NCBI RefSeq assembly: GCF_021246445.1
Contig: NZ_JAJQXW010000004.1
Location: forward strand, 248,001-283,944
Source: Rhabdothermincola salaria
GTDB lineage: Bacteria; Actinomycetota; Acidimicrobiia; Acidimicrobiales; Acidimicrobilacustridaceae
DNA: 35,944 nucleotides
Reading direction: 5' to 3'
The notes under the pieces: generated by a model
Database searches by the model: none
Seen by the model: only the letters and a program-made list of their open reading frames with translations
What the model was told of the DNA's origin: nothing
In this document: piece by piece, positions 18,393 through 29,576 of the stretch
Layout: each line of letters begins with the position of its first letter
Numbering within the stretch: position 1 is the stretch's first letter
Translations under genes and position numbers: made by a program

Positions 18393-19979
18393 ATGTCTTC
18401 CCCCGCTTCCGAGGCCTCACGGCGTCGCACGTTCGCCATCATCAGCCACCCCGACGCCGGCAAGACCACCCTCACCGAGAAGTTCCTCCTGTACGGAGGG
18501 GCGCTCAACGCCGAGGCCGGATCCGTCAAGGCCCGGTCGGGTCGTCGGTCGGCCACGTCGGACTGGATGGGCCTGGAGCAGCAGCGGGGCATCTCCATCA
18601 CCTCGACGGTGCTGCAGTTCCCCTACCGGGACTGCGTCGTGAACCTGCTCGACACCCCCGGCCACCGCGACTTCTCCGAGGACACCTACCGGGTGCTGGC
18701 GGCCGCCGACGCGGCCGTGATGGTGCTCGACGCGGCCAAGGGCATCGAGCCCCAGACTCTCAAGCTGTTCGACGTGTGCCGCCAGCGCGAGCTGCCCCTG
18801 TTGACCTTCATCAACAAGTGGGACCGTCCCGGCCTCGACGCCCTCGAGCTGATCGACGAGATCGAGTCCAAGATCGACCTCGTCGTCACCCCGGTCACCT
18901 GGCCGGTGGGGATCGCCGGCGACTTCCGCGGTGTGATCGACCGTCGCGACGGCCAGTTCACCCGCTTCACCCGGGTGGCCCGAGGTGCCACCGAGGCCCC
19001 GGAAGAGGTGGTGGATCCCACCGTGGCGGCCGTGGAGGAGGACGAGGCCTGGACCGCCGCCCAGGACGAGCTGGCCCTGCTCGACTCGGTGGGTGCCGAC
19101 ATGGACGTCGAGCTCTTCGTCGGTGCCCAGTCCACCCCGACCTTCTTCGGTTCGGCCTTGACCAACTTCGGGGTGCGCAAGCTCCTCGACGCCGTCATCG
19201 ACCTCGTGCCGCCGCCCGGCCCCCGACCCGACGTCGACGGCGAGCCCCGGTCGCTCGACGCACCGTTCTCGGGGTTCGTGTTCAAGGTGCAGGCCAACAT
19301 GGACCCGTCACACCGCGACCGCATCGCCTTCCTGCGGGTGTGCTCCGGCGAGTTCGACCGGGGCATGGTCGTGACCCACGGACCCACCGGCAAGCCCTTC
19401 AACACCAAGTACGCCCACCAGGTGTTCGGCTCGGAGCGAGAGACGATCGACCTGGCCTACCCGGGCGACGTCGTCGGCCTGGTCAACGCCACCGACGTGC
19501 GGGTCGGCGACACGCTGTGGTTCGGCGATCCGGTCGAGTACCCGAGCATCCCGAGCTTCGCCCCCGAGCACTTCACCGTGGCCCGGGTGCGCGACACCGG
19601 CCGCTACAAGCAGTTCCGTCGGGGCATCGCCCAGCTCGACGAGGAGGGCGTGGTGCAGGTCTTCCGCGATGCCGACCTGGGTGACCAGGCCCCCATGCTG
19701 GCCGCGGTGGGCCCCATGCAGTTCGACGTCGCCGTGTACCGCCTGGAGCAGGAGTTCGGGGCCCCGGTGGAGCTGTCGCCGACCAACTACCGCATCGCCC
19801 GCCGCACCGACCCGCCGAGCGCCGAGGCGCTGAGTGGCATGCGGGGTGTCCGGGTCCTGAGCCGGGCCGACGGTACCCTCATGGCGCTGTTCGAGAGCCA
19901 GTACTGGCTGGAACGTCTCGAGCAGGACCACCCCGATCTGGTGCTGGAACGCCTCGTCGCCGAGGGCAGCGCCGGTTGA
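18393..19979 (+). CDS. prfC: Peptide chain release factor 3
   Basis: RRRTFAIISHPDAGKTTLTEK, SDWM.LEQQRGISITS, DTPGHRDFSEDTYR, NKWDR, FGSALTNFGV, FKVQANMDP.HRDR. Confidence 0.97.
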   Translation: MSSPASEASRRRTFAIISHPDAGKTTLTEKFLLYGGALNAEAGSVKARSGRRSATSDWMGLEQQRGISITSTVLQFPYRDCVVNLLDTPGHRDFSEDTYRVLAAADAAVMVLDAAKGIEPQTLKLFDVCRQRELPLLTFINKWDRPGLDALELIDEIESKIDLVVTPVTWPVGIAGDFRGVIDRRDGQFTRFTRVARGATEAPEEVVDPTVAAVEEDEAWTAAQDELALLDSVGADMDVELFVGAQSTPTFFGSALTNFGVRKLLDAVIDLVPPPGPRPDVDGEPRSLDAPFSGFVFKVQANMDPSHRDRIAFLRVCSGEFDRGMVVTHGPTGKPFNTKYAHQVFGSERETIDLAYPGDVVGLVNATDVRVGDTLWFGDPVEYPSIPSFAPEHFTVARVRDTGRYKQFRRGIAQLDEEGVVQVFRDADLGDQAPMLAAVGPMQFDVAVYRLEQEFGAPVELSPTNYRIARRTDPPSAEALSGMRGVRVLSRADGTLMALFESQYWLERLEQDHPDLVLERLVAEGSAG

Positions 19980-19998
19980 CCCGACCGACCCCCGAGGT

Positions 19999-21594
19999 GT
20001 GATGGACGACCCGAGCAGGCCCTACGCCCCCACCGCCGGTGGTCCACGGGGCTCCGGTTCCTCGCGCCCGCCCTGGCTCGGGCCGGTCGCCGTGCTGGTG
20101 GCCCTGGTGCTCGTGTGGGGCGGCTACGCCCTCGTCACGAGCGGGTCCGACGACGACTCGGCGGCCAGCCCGCCCGACACCAGCGAGAGCGAGCCCTCCG
20201 AGCCGGTCGACGTGGACGCGGGCGACTCCACCACCACCACCACCGAGGCCGAGCTGCCCCCGTTCGACGGCTGGGTGAACCCGGCCAGCTCGGGGCGCAT
20301 GTGGAGCGAGGAGGTGCCCGGGATCCTCACCTTCCGGGGCAACCCCACCCGTTCCTTCTACGGCCAGGGCATGCCCGAGGACCCCTCGGTGCTGTGGTCG
20401 TACCCCGAGAGCGGCGGCATGTGCGGGCTGTCCTCCGGGGCCACCTGGTGCGGCATGGGCTGGACGGGCCAGCCCAACGTGTACGAGAAGGACGGCCGCA
20501 CCATCGTGTCGTTCGGGGCCTATGACTACGGGGTGCACTGGCTCGACGGGGTCACGGGCGAGACCGTGCTCCCGTCGTTCAAGACCGGCGACATCATCAA
20601 GGGCACGGTGACCACCGACCCCGACGGCTTCCCGCTCACCTACACCGGCTCACGCGACGACAACTACCGCATCATCGCCACCGATCGGCCCGGCGAGGCC
20701 GTGGAGCTGTGGCGGGTCAACGCCTACGAGTACGGCGTGCAGCAGCGGTGGAACGACGACTGGGACTCCTCGGGCCTGATCATCGACGACCACCTCTTCA
20801 TCGGCGGCGAGAACAGCTGGTTCTACATCTTCAAGCTGAACCGGGGCTACGACGCCGCCGGCCTCGTCACGGTGAACCCCGAACTGCTCTTCACCGCCCC
20901 CAGCTGGGACGACCAGCTCCTGACGGAGACGTCGCTCACCGCCTTCTCGATCGAGAACTCGGTGGCCATCTCGGGCGACACGGTGTACTTCGCCAACTCG
21001 GCGGGGCTCATCCAGGGCTTCGACATCAGCGGCCTGGCCGACGGCGTCCAACCCACCCGCAACTTCCGGTTCTGGGCCGGCGACGACATCGACGCCTCGA
21101 TCGTGATCGACGCCGACGGCTACCTCTACGTCGGGTCGGAATGGGAGACCCAGAGCGCCCGCTCGGCCGAGGTGGGCCAGATCTTCAAGCTCGATCCCCG
21201 CAACCCCGACGACCCGCTGGTCTGGTCGGTCGCCGACCAGGGTGGCGGGGTTCGGGGCGTGTGGGGCACGGTCGCCCTGGCCAACGGCGTGGTGTATGCC
21301 GACACCAACACCGGCCGGGTGCTCGGCATCGACCAGATGACGGGCGAGATCCTATGGGAGAAGGAGCTCGGCTCCCAGACCTGGCAGTCCCCCGTGGTGG
21401 TCGACGACGTCCTGGTGGTCGGTGACTGCCAGGGCGTGCTGCACGCCTACGACGTGAGCGATCCGCGGGTGGACCCACCGGAGCTCTGGACGGTCCAGCT
21501 CGACGGCTGCATCGAGTCCACCCCTGCGGTGTGGAACGGCCGCATCTACGTCGGGGCCCGGGGTGGGAAGTTCTACGCCATCGGCGACGCCTGA
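19999..21594 (+). CDS. Membrane-anchored PQQ-like beta-propeller repeat protein
   Basis: N-terminal TM helix, Ser/Thr/acidic linker, Trp-docking repeats (GEILWE, SPVVVDD, ELWTVQL, ESTPAVWNGRIYVG). Start 19999 or 20002. Confidence 0.8.
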   Translation: MMDDPSRPYAPTAGGPRGSGSSRPPWLGPVAVLVALVLVWGGYALVTSGSDDDSAASPPDTSESEPSEPVDVDAGDSTTTTTEAELPPFDGWVNPASSGRMWSEEVPGILTFRGNPTRSFYGQGMPEDPSVLWSYPESGGMCGLSSGATWCGMGWTGQPNVYEKDGRTIVSFGAYDYGVHWLDGVTGETVLPSFKTGDIIKGTVTTDPDGFPLTYTGSRDDNYRIIATDRPGEAVELWRVNAYEYGVQQRWNDDWDSSGLIIDDHLFIGGENSWFYIFKLNRGYDAAGLVTVNPELLFTAPSWDDQLLTETSLTAFSIENSVAISGDTVYFANSAGLIQGFDISGLADGVQPTRNFRFWAGDDIDASIVIDADGYLYVGSEWETQSARSAEVGQIFKLDPRNPDDPLVWSVADQGGGVRGVWGTVALANGVVYADTNTGRVLGIDQMTGEILWEKELGSQTWQSPVVVDDVLVVGDCQGVLHAYDVSDPRVDPPELWTVQLDGCIESTPAVWNGRIYVGARGGKFYAIGDA

Positions 21595-21630
21595 TCCCCG
21601 GCTCTCGCCACCCGCCCGGCACCCCCGTCG

Positions 21631-22590
21631 TCACCAGGTGATCTCGTCGCACCCCGTGTGGGTGTCGGGTTCCACCTGCACGGTCGCGTGGTCGATGCCG
21701 AAGTCGTCGCGAAGGAGGTCGCGGGCCTCGTCGAGCACCCGGTGGGCGTCGGTCCCTTCGGCGACCACGAGGTGGACGGTCGCCACGTCCATCTCCGAGG
21801 TGAGGGTCCACACGTGCACGTCGTGGACGCCGACGACGGAGGCGATGGCCGCCAACCGGTCTGCGATGGCCTCCACGTCGAGGTCCTCGGGCGCGGCCTG
21901 GACGAGCACGCGCACCGCCTGGGCAGCGAGGCGGTAGGTGCGCGGGAAGATGAACAGCCCGATGCCGGCGGCCATGATGGGGTCGGCGGCCTCCCACCCG
22001 GTGGCGAGGATGATCACGGCGGCGGCCACCACGGCGACCGAGCCCAACAGGTCGGCCAGGACCTCGAGATAGGCGCCCTTGACGTTGAGGCTCTCCCCGG
22101 CGCCCTCTCGCAGGAGCCAGAAGCCGACCAGGTTGGCCAGCCCGCCGAGCACCGCCACCACCAACATGGCGCCGCTGGCCACCTCCACCGGTTCGCGGAG
22201 GCGCAACACGGCCTCGTAGAGCACGTACAGCCCGACGCCGAACAACAGCACGGCGTTGGCCAGGGCGGCGAGGATCTCGAGGCGGTACAGCCCGAAGGTG
22301 CGGTCGGCTCGCCGGGCGGGCCGATCGGCGACGTGGATGGCGGCCAGGGCCATGGACAGGCCCACGACGTCGGTGAGCATGTGGCCGGCGTCGGACAGCA
22401 GGGCCAACGAGTTCGTGGCGAAGGCGGCTACCACCTCGACGACGAGGAAGGTGGCCTGCAGGCCCAGCACCTGCCAGAGACGGCGGCGGTGCCGGGCCCC
22501 GGCCCGCCCGGCCGCGGCCACTCCCCCGCCGTGGCTGTGCGCGTGGCCGTGACCTCGCGCTGCCCCCGACCCGGTGTCGTCGCCGCTCAC
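21631..22590 (-). CDS. czcD: Cation diffusion facilitator (CzcD/ZitB-like metal exporter)
   Basis: His-rich N-terminus, SLALLSDAGHMLTD, TFGLYRLEILAA, SLNVKGAYLEVLADLLGS, HDVHVW, HATVQVE. Confidence 0.9.
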   Translation of the reverse strand: MSGDDTGSGAARGHGHAHSHGGGVAAAGRAGARHRRRLWQVLGLQATFLVVEVVAAFATNSLALLSDAGHMLTDVVGLSMALAAIHVADRPARRADRTFGLYRLEILAALANAVLLFGVGLYVLYEAVLRLREPVEVASGAMLVVAVLGGLANLVGFWLLREGAGESLNVKGAYLEVLADLLGSVAVVAAAVIILATGWEAADPIMAAGIGLFIFPRTYRLAAQAVRVLVQAAPEDLDVEAIADRLAAIASVVGVHDVHVWTLTSEMDVATVHLVVAEGTDAHRVLDEARDLLRDDFGIDHATVQVEPDTHTGCDEITW

Positions 22591-22639
22591 CCCGACATCG
22601 TCGCGCCACCCGCAGCATCGGCCCGCGGCCGTGTGAAGT

Positions 22640-22669
22640 TTGACACCCTTGGTCGAGGCCGAGTGGAAT
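22640..22669 (+). promoter_or_regulatory. Primary-sigma-type promoter of hppA
   Basis: TTGACA (22640-22645), 18-nt spacer, TGGAAT (22664-22669). Confidence 0.55.
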
Positions 22670-22748
22670 CTCGGCGCCCGTGCAGGGGGAAGCGCGCACG
22701 GGCGACCGTCCGCCGGCTCACCGGCGATCAGAGAGGGGCACCATCCAC

Positions 22749-25259
<2,511 letters not shown>

Positions 25260-25298
25260 CCGCCGTCGCCGTCCGCGACGGCGAGACCTACGTCGTAG

Positions 25299-25327
25299 GA
25301 GGGCCCGGCCTTCACGGCCGGGCCCTC
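25299..25327. terminator. Hairpin between convergent hppA and sensor kinase genes
   Basis: Perfect 12-bp stem GAGGGCCCGGCC-ttcac-GGCCGGGCCCTC; a further hairpin CGCCGTCGC/GCGACGGCG at 25261-25283. Confidence 0.65.
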
Positions 25328-25332
25328 TCGCG

Positions 25333-26697
25333 TCACCCCTCTGCGGCGGCGGGAAGCTCGAAGGTGAACACCGCTCCTCCGGCGGGGTGATCGCCGACCG
25401 ACACCGCGCCTCCGTGGGCGGCCGCCGTCTGCGAGACGATGGCCAGGCCGAGCCCGGAACCCGGGAGGGCACGCGCCTCGGCGCTGCGGTAGAAGCGCTC
25501 GAAGACCCGATTCCGGTCGTCGCTAGCCACGCCTGGTCCGTGGTCTCGCACCTCGACGCGAGCTGGCGCGACCATCGACACCTCGACCGGGGTGTCCGGT
25601 GGGCTGAACTTGAGCGCGTTGTCGACCAGGTTCCCGATCGCCCGGGCCAGGGCCCGCCGGCGGCCGGCCACCGGCATGGGGATCGTGGCCGCGGGGCCGC
25701 CCACCACGACGGAGCGACCGGAGCGTCGCGCCGCCCGTTCGGCCACCTCGCGCACCACGACGCCCAGGTCGATGACCTCGATCGGCTCGTCGTCGACACC
25801 CTCGGTGGCCAGCTGGACCAGTTCGTCGACCAACCCACTCAGCTCGCGGCTCTCGCGGTCGAGATCGGTGAGGACCTCGACCCGGGTGGCCTCGGGCAGG
25901 TCGTAGCGGGCCAGCAGCTCGATGTTGGTGCGCACGCTGGTGAGGGGCGTGCGCAGCTCGTGGCCGGCGTCCTGCACCAGCTGTTGCTGCTGGTCCCGCG
26001 AGCGGGCCAGGGCGGCGAGCATGGCCCCGAACGCCCGAGCCAGGCGTCCTGGCTCGTCGCCACCCGACGGGGGGAGCGCGACGTCGAGGCGTCCGGTGTC
26101 GGCCACCTCCTCGGCCGCGTCGGTGAGGCGCACCAGGGGCCGGGTGGCGGTCCGAGCGACCAGCCACCCCGCCAGCGCACCGGCCGCGGTCACCACGATC
26201 CCGATGGCCAGGAGCTGGCGTCGCAAGCCGTCCAGGATGCGCTGGCTCTCGCTGTAGTCGCGGGCGATCTGCACCGCCCCGCCACCAGCCGCGGCGGCGG
26301 TCTGGATCCGGTACGGCTCGCCGTCGATGTCGACGGTGCGGGTGCGCACACCGACCCCATCGGCAGCGATGGCTCGGTCGGTGGCATCGACGGGGAGCTC
26401 GACGGCTCCCGTCGAGCCGATCACCTCACCATCGGGAGCGAGGCACTGCACGGTGGCGCCGGGGCCGGTCAGCTCGTCGAGCGGCCCGCGCGGTCGGGGC
26501 GCGACCTGTCCGGCGCACAGCGCGTCGCGGACCCGCCCGTCGACGTTGAGGATGCGTCGGGCGTTCTGGTTCAGGCTCTCGTCCACCTCGGCCTCGAGGC
26601 GGGCGCCGGTAGCGACGTAGGCGGCCGAGGCCACGGCCAGCGCGGCGAGGCCGGCCAGCACGGCGAGGGCCAGGGCGATCTTGGAGCGCAGGGTCAT
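25333..26697 (-). CDS. HAMP-domain sensor histidine kinase (MprB-like)
   Basis: Two TM segments, H-box DAGHELRTPLTS, N-box NLVDNALKFS, G1 DHGPG, G2 GSGLGLAIV; ATGA overlap with the response regulator. Confidence 0.93.
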   Translation of the reverse strand: MTLRSKIALALAVLAGLAALAVASAAYVATGARLEAEVDESLNQNARRILNVDGRVRDALCAGQVAPRPRGPLDELTGPGATVQCLAPDGEVIGSTGAVELPVDATDRAIAADGVGVRTRTVDIDGEPYRIQTAAAAGGGAVQIARDYSESQRILDGLRRQLLAIGIVVTAAGALAGWLVARTATRPLVRLTDAAEEVADTGRLDVALPPSGGDEPGRLARAFGAMLAALARSRDQQQQLVQDAGHELRTPLTSVRTNIELLARYDLPEATRVEVLTDLDRESRELSGLVDELVQLATEGVDDEPIEVIDLGVVVREVAERAARRSGRSVVVGGPAATIPMPVAGRRRALARAIGNLVDNALKFSPPDTPVEVSMVAPARVEVRDHGPGVASDDRNRVFERFYRSAEARALPGSGLGLAIVSQTAAAHGGAVSVGDHPAGGAVFTFELPAAAEG

Positions 26698-27377
26698 GGC
26701 GCCCGCAGCGTGTACCCGACGCCGCGCACGGTCTGGATGAGCCGGGGCTCGCCCGCCTCCTCGGTCTTTCGGCGCAGGTACCCGATGTAGACGGCCAGGG
26801 CCTTGGAGTCGGGGCCGAAGTCGTAGCCCCAGATGCGGTCGTAGATGGTGCCGTGGGCCAGGACGACGCCTGCGTTGGTGACCAGCAGGGCGAGCAGGTC
26901 GAACTCGGTCTTGGTGAGCTCGAGCTCGCGGTCGCCGCGCCAGGCCCGCCGGGCCGCCTCGTCGACCACCACACCCTCGGCCCGCAGCTCCCGGGTGTCG
27001 TCGGCAGCAACGCTGGATCGCCGCAGCAGGGCCCGCAGCCGGGCCAGCAGCTCGTCGAGAGAGAACGGCTTGGGGAGGTAGTCGTCGGCGCCGGCGTCGA
27101 GGCCCGACACCCGGTCGGACACCTCGGTGCGGGCGGTGAGGACCAGGATCGGCAGGCGGGCGCCCTGCGAGCGCAGCCGGCGGCACACGGTGAGGCCGTC
27201 GACGTGGGGCAGGCCCAGGTCCAGCACCAGCAGGTCGACATCGTCGGCGGAGGCCAGCTCCAGCGCCGCGGCGCCATCGGCCACCGGCGTCACGCGGTAG
27301 CCCTCGAGCTCGAGGGCTCGGGTGACCGATTCGCGGACGGCCCGGTCGTCCTCGGCGACGACGAGGTGCGCAGTCAT
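26694..27377 (-). CDS. OmpR-family response regulator (MprA-like)
   Basis: AEDD, LVLDLGLP, GADDYLPKPF, LTKTEFDLL, IWGYDFG, VYIGYLRRKTE..GEPRLIQTVRGVGY. Confidence 0.95.
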   Translation of the reverse strand: MTAHLVVAEDDRAVRESVTRALELEGYRVTPVADGAAALELASADDVDLLVLDLGLPHVDGLTVCRRLRSQGARLPILVLTARTEVSDRVSGLDAGADDYLPKPFSLDELLARLRALLRRSSVAADDTRELRAEGVVVDEAARRAWRGDRELELTKTEFDLLALLVTNAGVVLAHGTIYDRIWGYDFGPDSKALAVYIGYLRRKTEEAGEPRLIQTVRGVGYTLRAP

Positions 27378-27399
27378 GGCTGCAGTCTGCTCGGCGGAG

Positions 27400-27416
27400 G
27401 TGAGGAGACGGTGAGA
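27400..27416 (-). promoter_or_regulatory. MprA-box-like direct repeat (autoregulatory site candidate)
   Basis: Minus strand TCTCAC-N5-CCTCAC, 10 nt upstream of -10 CAGACT of the response regulator. Confidence 0.55.
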
Positions 27417-27454
27417 TCCTCCGGCCAGCGACGGACCCCTCGTTCGGGGCCCGG

Positions 27455-27470
27455 CTTACCCGGTCGTTAC
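27455..27470 (+). promoter_or_regulatory. GTNAC-N6-GTNAC-like (MtrA/GlnR-type) direct repeat
   Basis: CTTAC-ccggtc-GTTAC, 11 nt upstream of -10 TAGCGT of the FKBP gene. Confidence 0.4.
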
Positions 27471-27494
27471 CGTCCACCCCCTAGCGTGCCCCGG

Positions 27495-28481
27495 GTGACT
27501 TCTCTTCCCCCCACCAATCTCCTGCCGTCGCGTCGGACCCCACACCCCCTCCGCACGGCTGCCTTGGCCATGGTCGCCGTGGCCACCCTCCTGCTGGCCG
27601 CGTGCGGCAGCGACGACGGTTCCGACGACGCCGCCAGCGACGAGACCACCGCCACGGAGAACACCGAGAGCGCCGACGTGAACACCACGTCGCTCGCCGA
27701 CGTCGACATCTCCTCTGATCTCGACGCCGCCCCCAGTGCCACCTTCACCCCGGCCTTCGTGGCCGGAGAACCCCAGTCCGAGGTCGTCGTCGAGGGCGAC
27801 GGCGCCGTGGTGGCGGAGGGCCAGCGGGTGACCCTCGACTACGTGGCCGTCAGCGGCGCCACCGGCGAGGAGCTCCAGAGCACGTGGGACGCCCAGCCCG
27901 AGTCGCTGGTCGTCAACGAGATGCTGACCCCCAACATCCGTGACGCCCTCGTCGGCAACGCCGTCGGCAGCCGGGTGGCCACCGCCAACGACGACGGCAC
28001 CCAGTGGGTGATCCTCATCATCGACATCCGCGACGCGGTCGAGGTCCCCGAGCGGGCCGAGGGCGAGGCCGTGACCCCGCCCGCCGGCCTCCCCACGGTG
28101 GAAGAGGTCGAAGGGGTTCCGACCATCACCATCCCCGAGGGCGAGCCCCCCGTGAACCTCATCACCCAGCCCCTCATCGAGGGCAGCGGGCCCGAGGTGC
28201 AGGCCGGTGAGACCGTGACGGTCAAGTACGTCGGCGTGAAGTGGGCCGACGGCTCCGTATTCGACTCGTCGTGGACCAACGACCAGACCGTCGACTTCCC
28301 GGTGGGCACCGGCGGGGTGATCGCCGGGTTCGAGGAAGGCCTCATCGGCCAGACCGTCGGCTCCCGGGTGATGCTGGTCATCCCTCCGGACAAGGGCTAC
28401 GGACCCGAGGGCAACGCCTCGGCCGGTATCTCGGGCACCGACACCCTGGTGTTCGTGGTCGACATCCTCGTCGCCGGCTGA
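27495..28481 (+). CDS. FKBP-type peptidyl-prolyl isomerase lipoprotein (two FKBP domains)
   Basis: Lipobox LLAAC; degenerate N-terminal FKBP domain; canonical C-terminal domain (VKYVGV, FDSSW, VIAGFEEGL, IPPDKGYG, TLVFVVDIL). Start GTG 27495 or ATG 27570. Confidence 0.9.
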   Translation: MTSLPPTNLLPSRRTPHPLRTAALAMVAVATLLLAACGSDDGSDDAASDETTATENTESADVNTTSLADVDISSDLDAAPSATFTPAFVAGEPQSEVVVEGDGAVVAEGQRVTLDYVAVSGATGEELQSTWDAQPESLVVNEMLTPNIRDALVGNAVGSRVATANDDGTQWVILIIDIRDAVEVPERAEGEAVTPPAGLPTVEEVEGVPTITIPEGEPPVNLITQPLIEGSGPEVQAGETVTVKYVGVKWADGSVFDSSWTNDQTVDFPVGTGGVIAGFEEGLIGQTVGSRVMLVIPPDKGYGPEGNASAGISGTDTLVFVVDILVAG

Positions 28482-28606
28482 TCATCACGGCGTGACCACA
28501 GGCCGGGCCGCCCGGTGGTGTAACTACGCCACCGGCATCCGCTCTACGCTCATCGCCGGCCCGGCGACCACCCCGGCGCCTGTCCACCATCCCCCGGAGG
28601 TGCCCC

Positions 28607-29038
28607 GTGAAGCGATCCCTGGCCGTCGCCGCAGCCGTCGTCGTCCTCGCCGTCCCGCTCGCCGCCTGCGGCGACGACGACGACAGCACGACCACGACCA
28701 CGGAGGCGTCGGGGGGCTCGGACACCACCGAGGCCCCGATCGGAGGCGACGTGCTGCCACCCGTGATCCTCACGCCCGAGGGCGAGACCTCGGCCACCGT
28801 GTCGGTGGGCACCGTCGTCAGCTTCGACATGGGCGATCCCGGCGACGGCACCTTCGTGGCCGTCTCCGAGGACCCGTCGGTGTTCCAGGTGGACGGCGAG
28901 GGCAAGGTCGACGGGTCGGCCACCTTCAACGCCGGCGGCACCGCCGTGGGCGAGGGCACCACCGAGGTGTCGGTGTCCTACCGCGGCTCCCTGAACGGCA
29001 TGGGCACCCCCACCGTGTTCACCATCACGGTCGAGTAG
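28607..29038 (+). CDS. Hypothetical lipoprotein with small beta-rich domain
   Basis: SD GGAGG, signal peptide with LAAC lipobox, DDDDSTTTTTE linker, C-terminal FTITVE strand. Confidence 0.8.
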   Translation: MKRSLAVAAAVVVLAVPLAACGDDDDSTTTTTEASGGSDTTEAPIGGDVLPPVILTPEGETSATVSVGTVVSFDMGDPGDGTFVAVSEDPSVFQVDGEGKVDGSATFNAGGTAVGEGTTEVSVSYRGSLNGMGTPTVFTITVE

Positions 29039-29148
29039 CGCTCGCCGTCCCGGCCACGACCACCTCCACCGGCGGTAGGTGCCACCATGGGAGGCGACGA
29101 GCGGGGGCCACCGGGGCACCCCGACCACCGAGCTGGGGGACGATCCAC

Positions 29149-29541
29149 ATGAGCGACGGCGCGCACTACGAGGACCTGGTGCGGCAGTTCTGCCAGAAGT
29201 GGGCCGACGCCGACTTCGACGCGGTCGTCGGCTTCTTCACCGAGAACGCCACGTACCACAACATCCCCGTCGACCCGATGGTCGGCCACGAGCAGATCCG
29301 GGCCATGATCGACGGCTTCACCGCCGGGCTCGAGGTGGTCGAGTTCAAGATCCTCGAGATGCTGTCGCGGGGCTCCACCGTGATCACCGAACGGGTCGAC
29401 ATCTTCCGCAAGCCCGACAGCGCGCTCGTCGAGCTGCCGGTGATGGGGATCTTCGAGTTCGAGGGCGACAAGATCGCCAACTGGCGCGAGTACTTCGACC
29501 TCGGGCAGTTCATGACCCAGGCCGCGCCGACCGAGGGCTGA
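29149..29541 (+). CDS. Limonene-1,2-epoxide hydrolase / SnoaL-like (NTF2 fold) protein
   Basis: ATYHN, TERVD, LPVMGIFE, KIANWREYFD; SD GGGGGA. Confidence 0.85.
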   Translation: MSDGAHYEDLVRQFCQKWADADFDAVVGFFTENATYHNIPVDPMVGHEQIRAMIDGFTAGLEVVEFKILEMLSRGSTVITERVDIFRKPDSALVELPVMGIFEFEGDKIANWREYFDLGQFMTQAAPTEG

Positions 29542-29576
29542 CCGCCGCGCTCCTCGCCGAGGCCGACACCCGGGGC

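Noticed and set aside
22631..22647. CRP/GlxR or Rex site upstream of hppA
   Set aside because: The half-site spacing does not fit Rex, and the right half-site matches CRP poorly; kept only as an unassigned palindrome.
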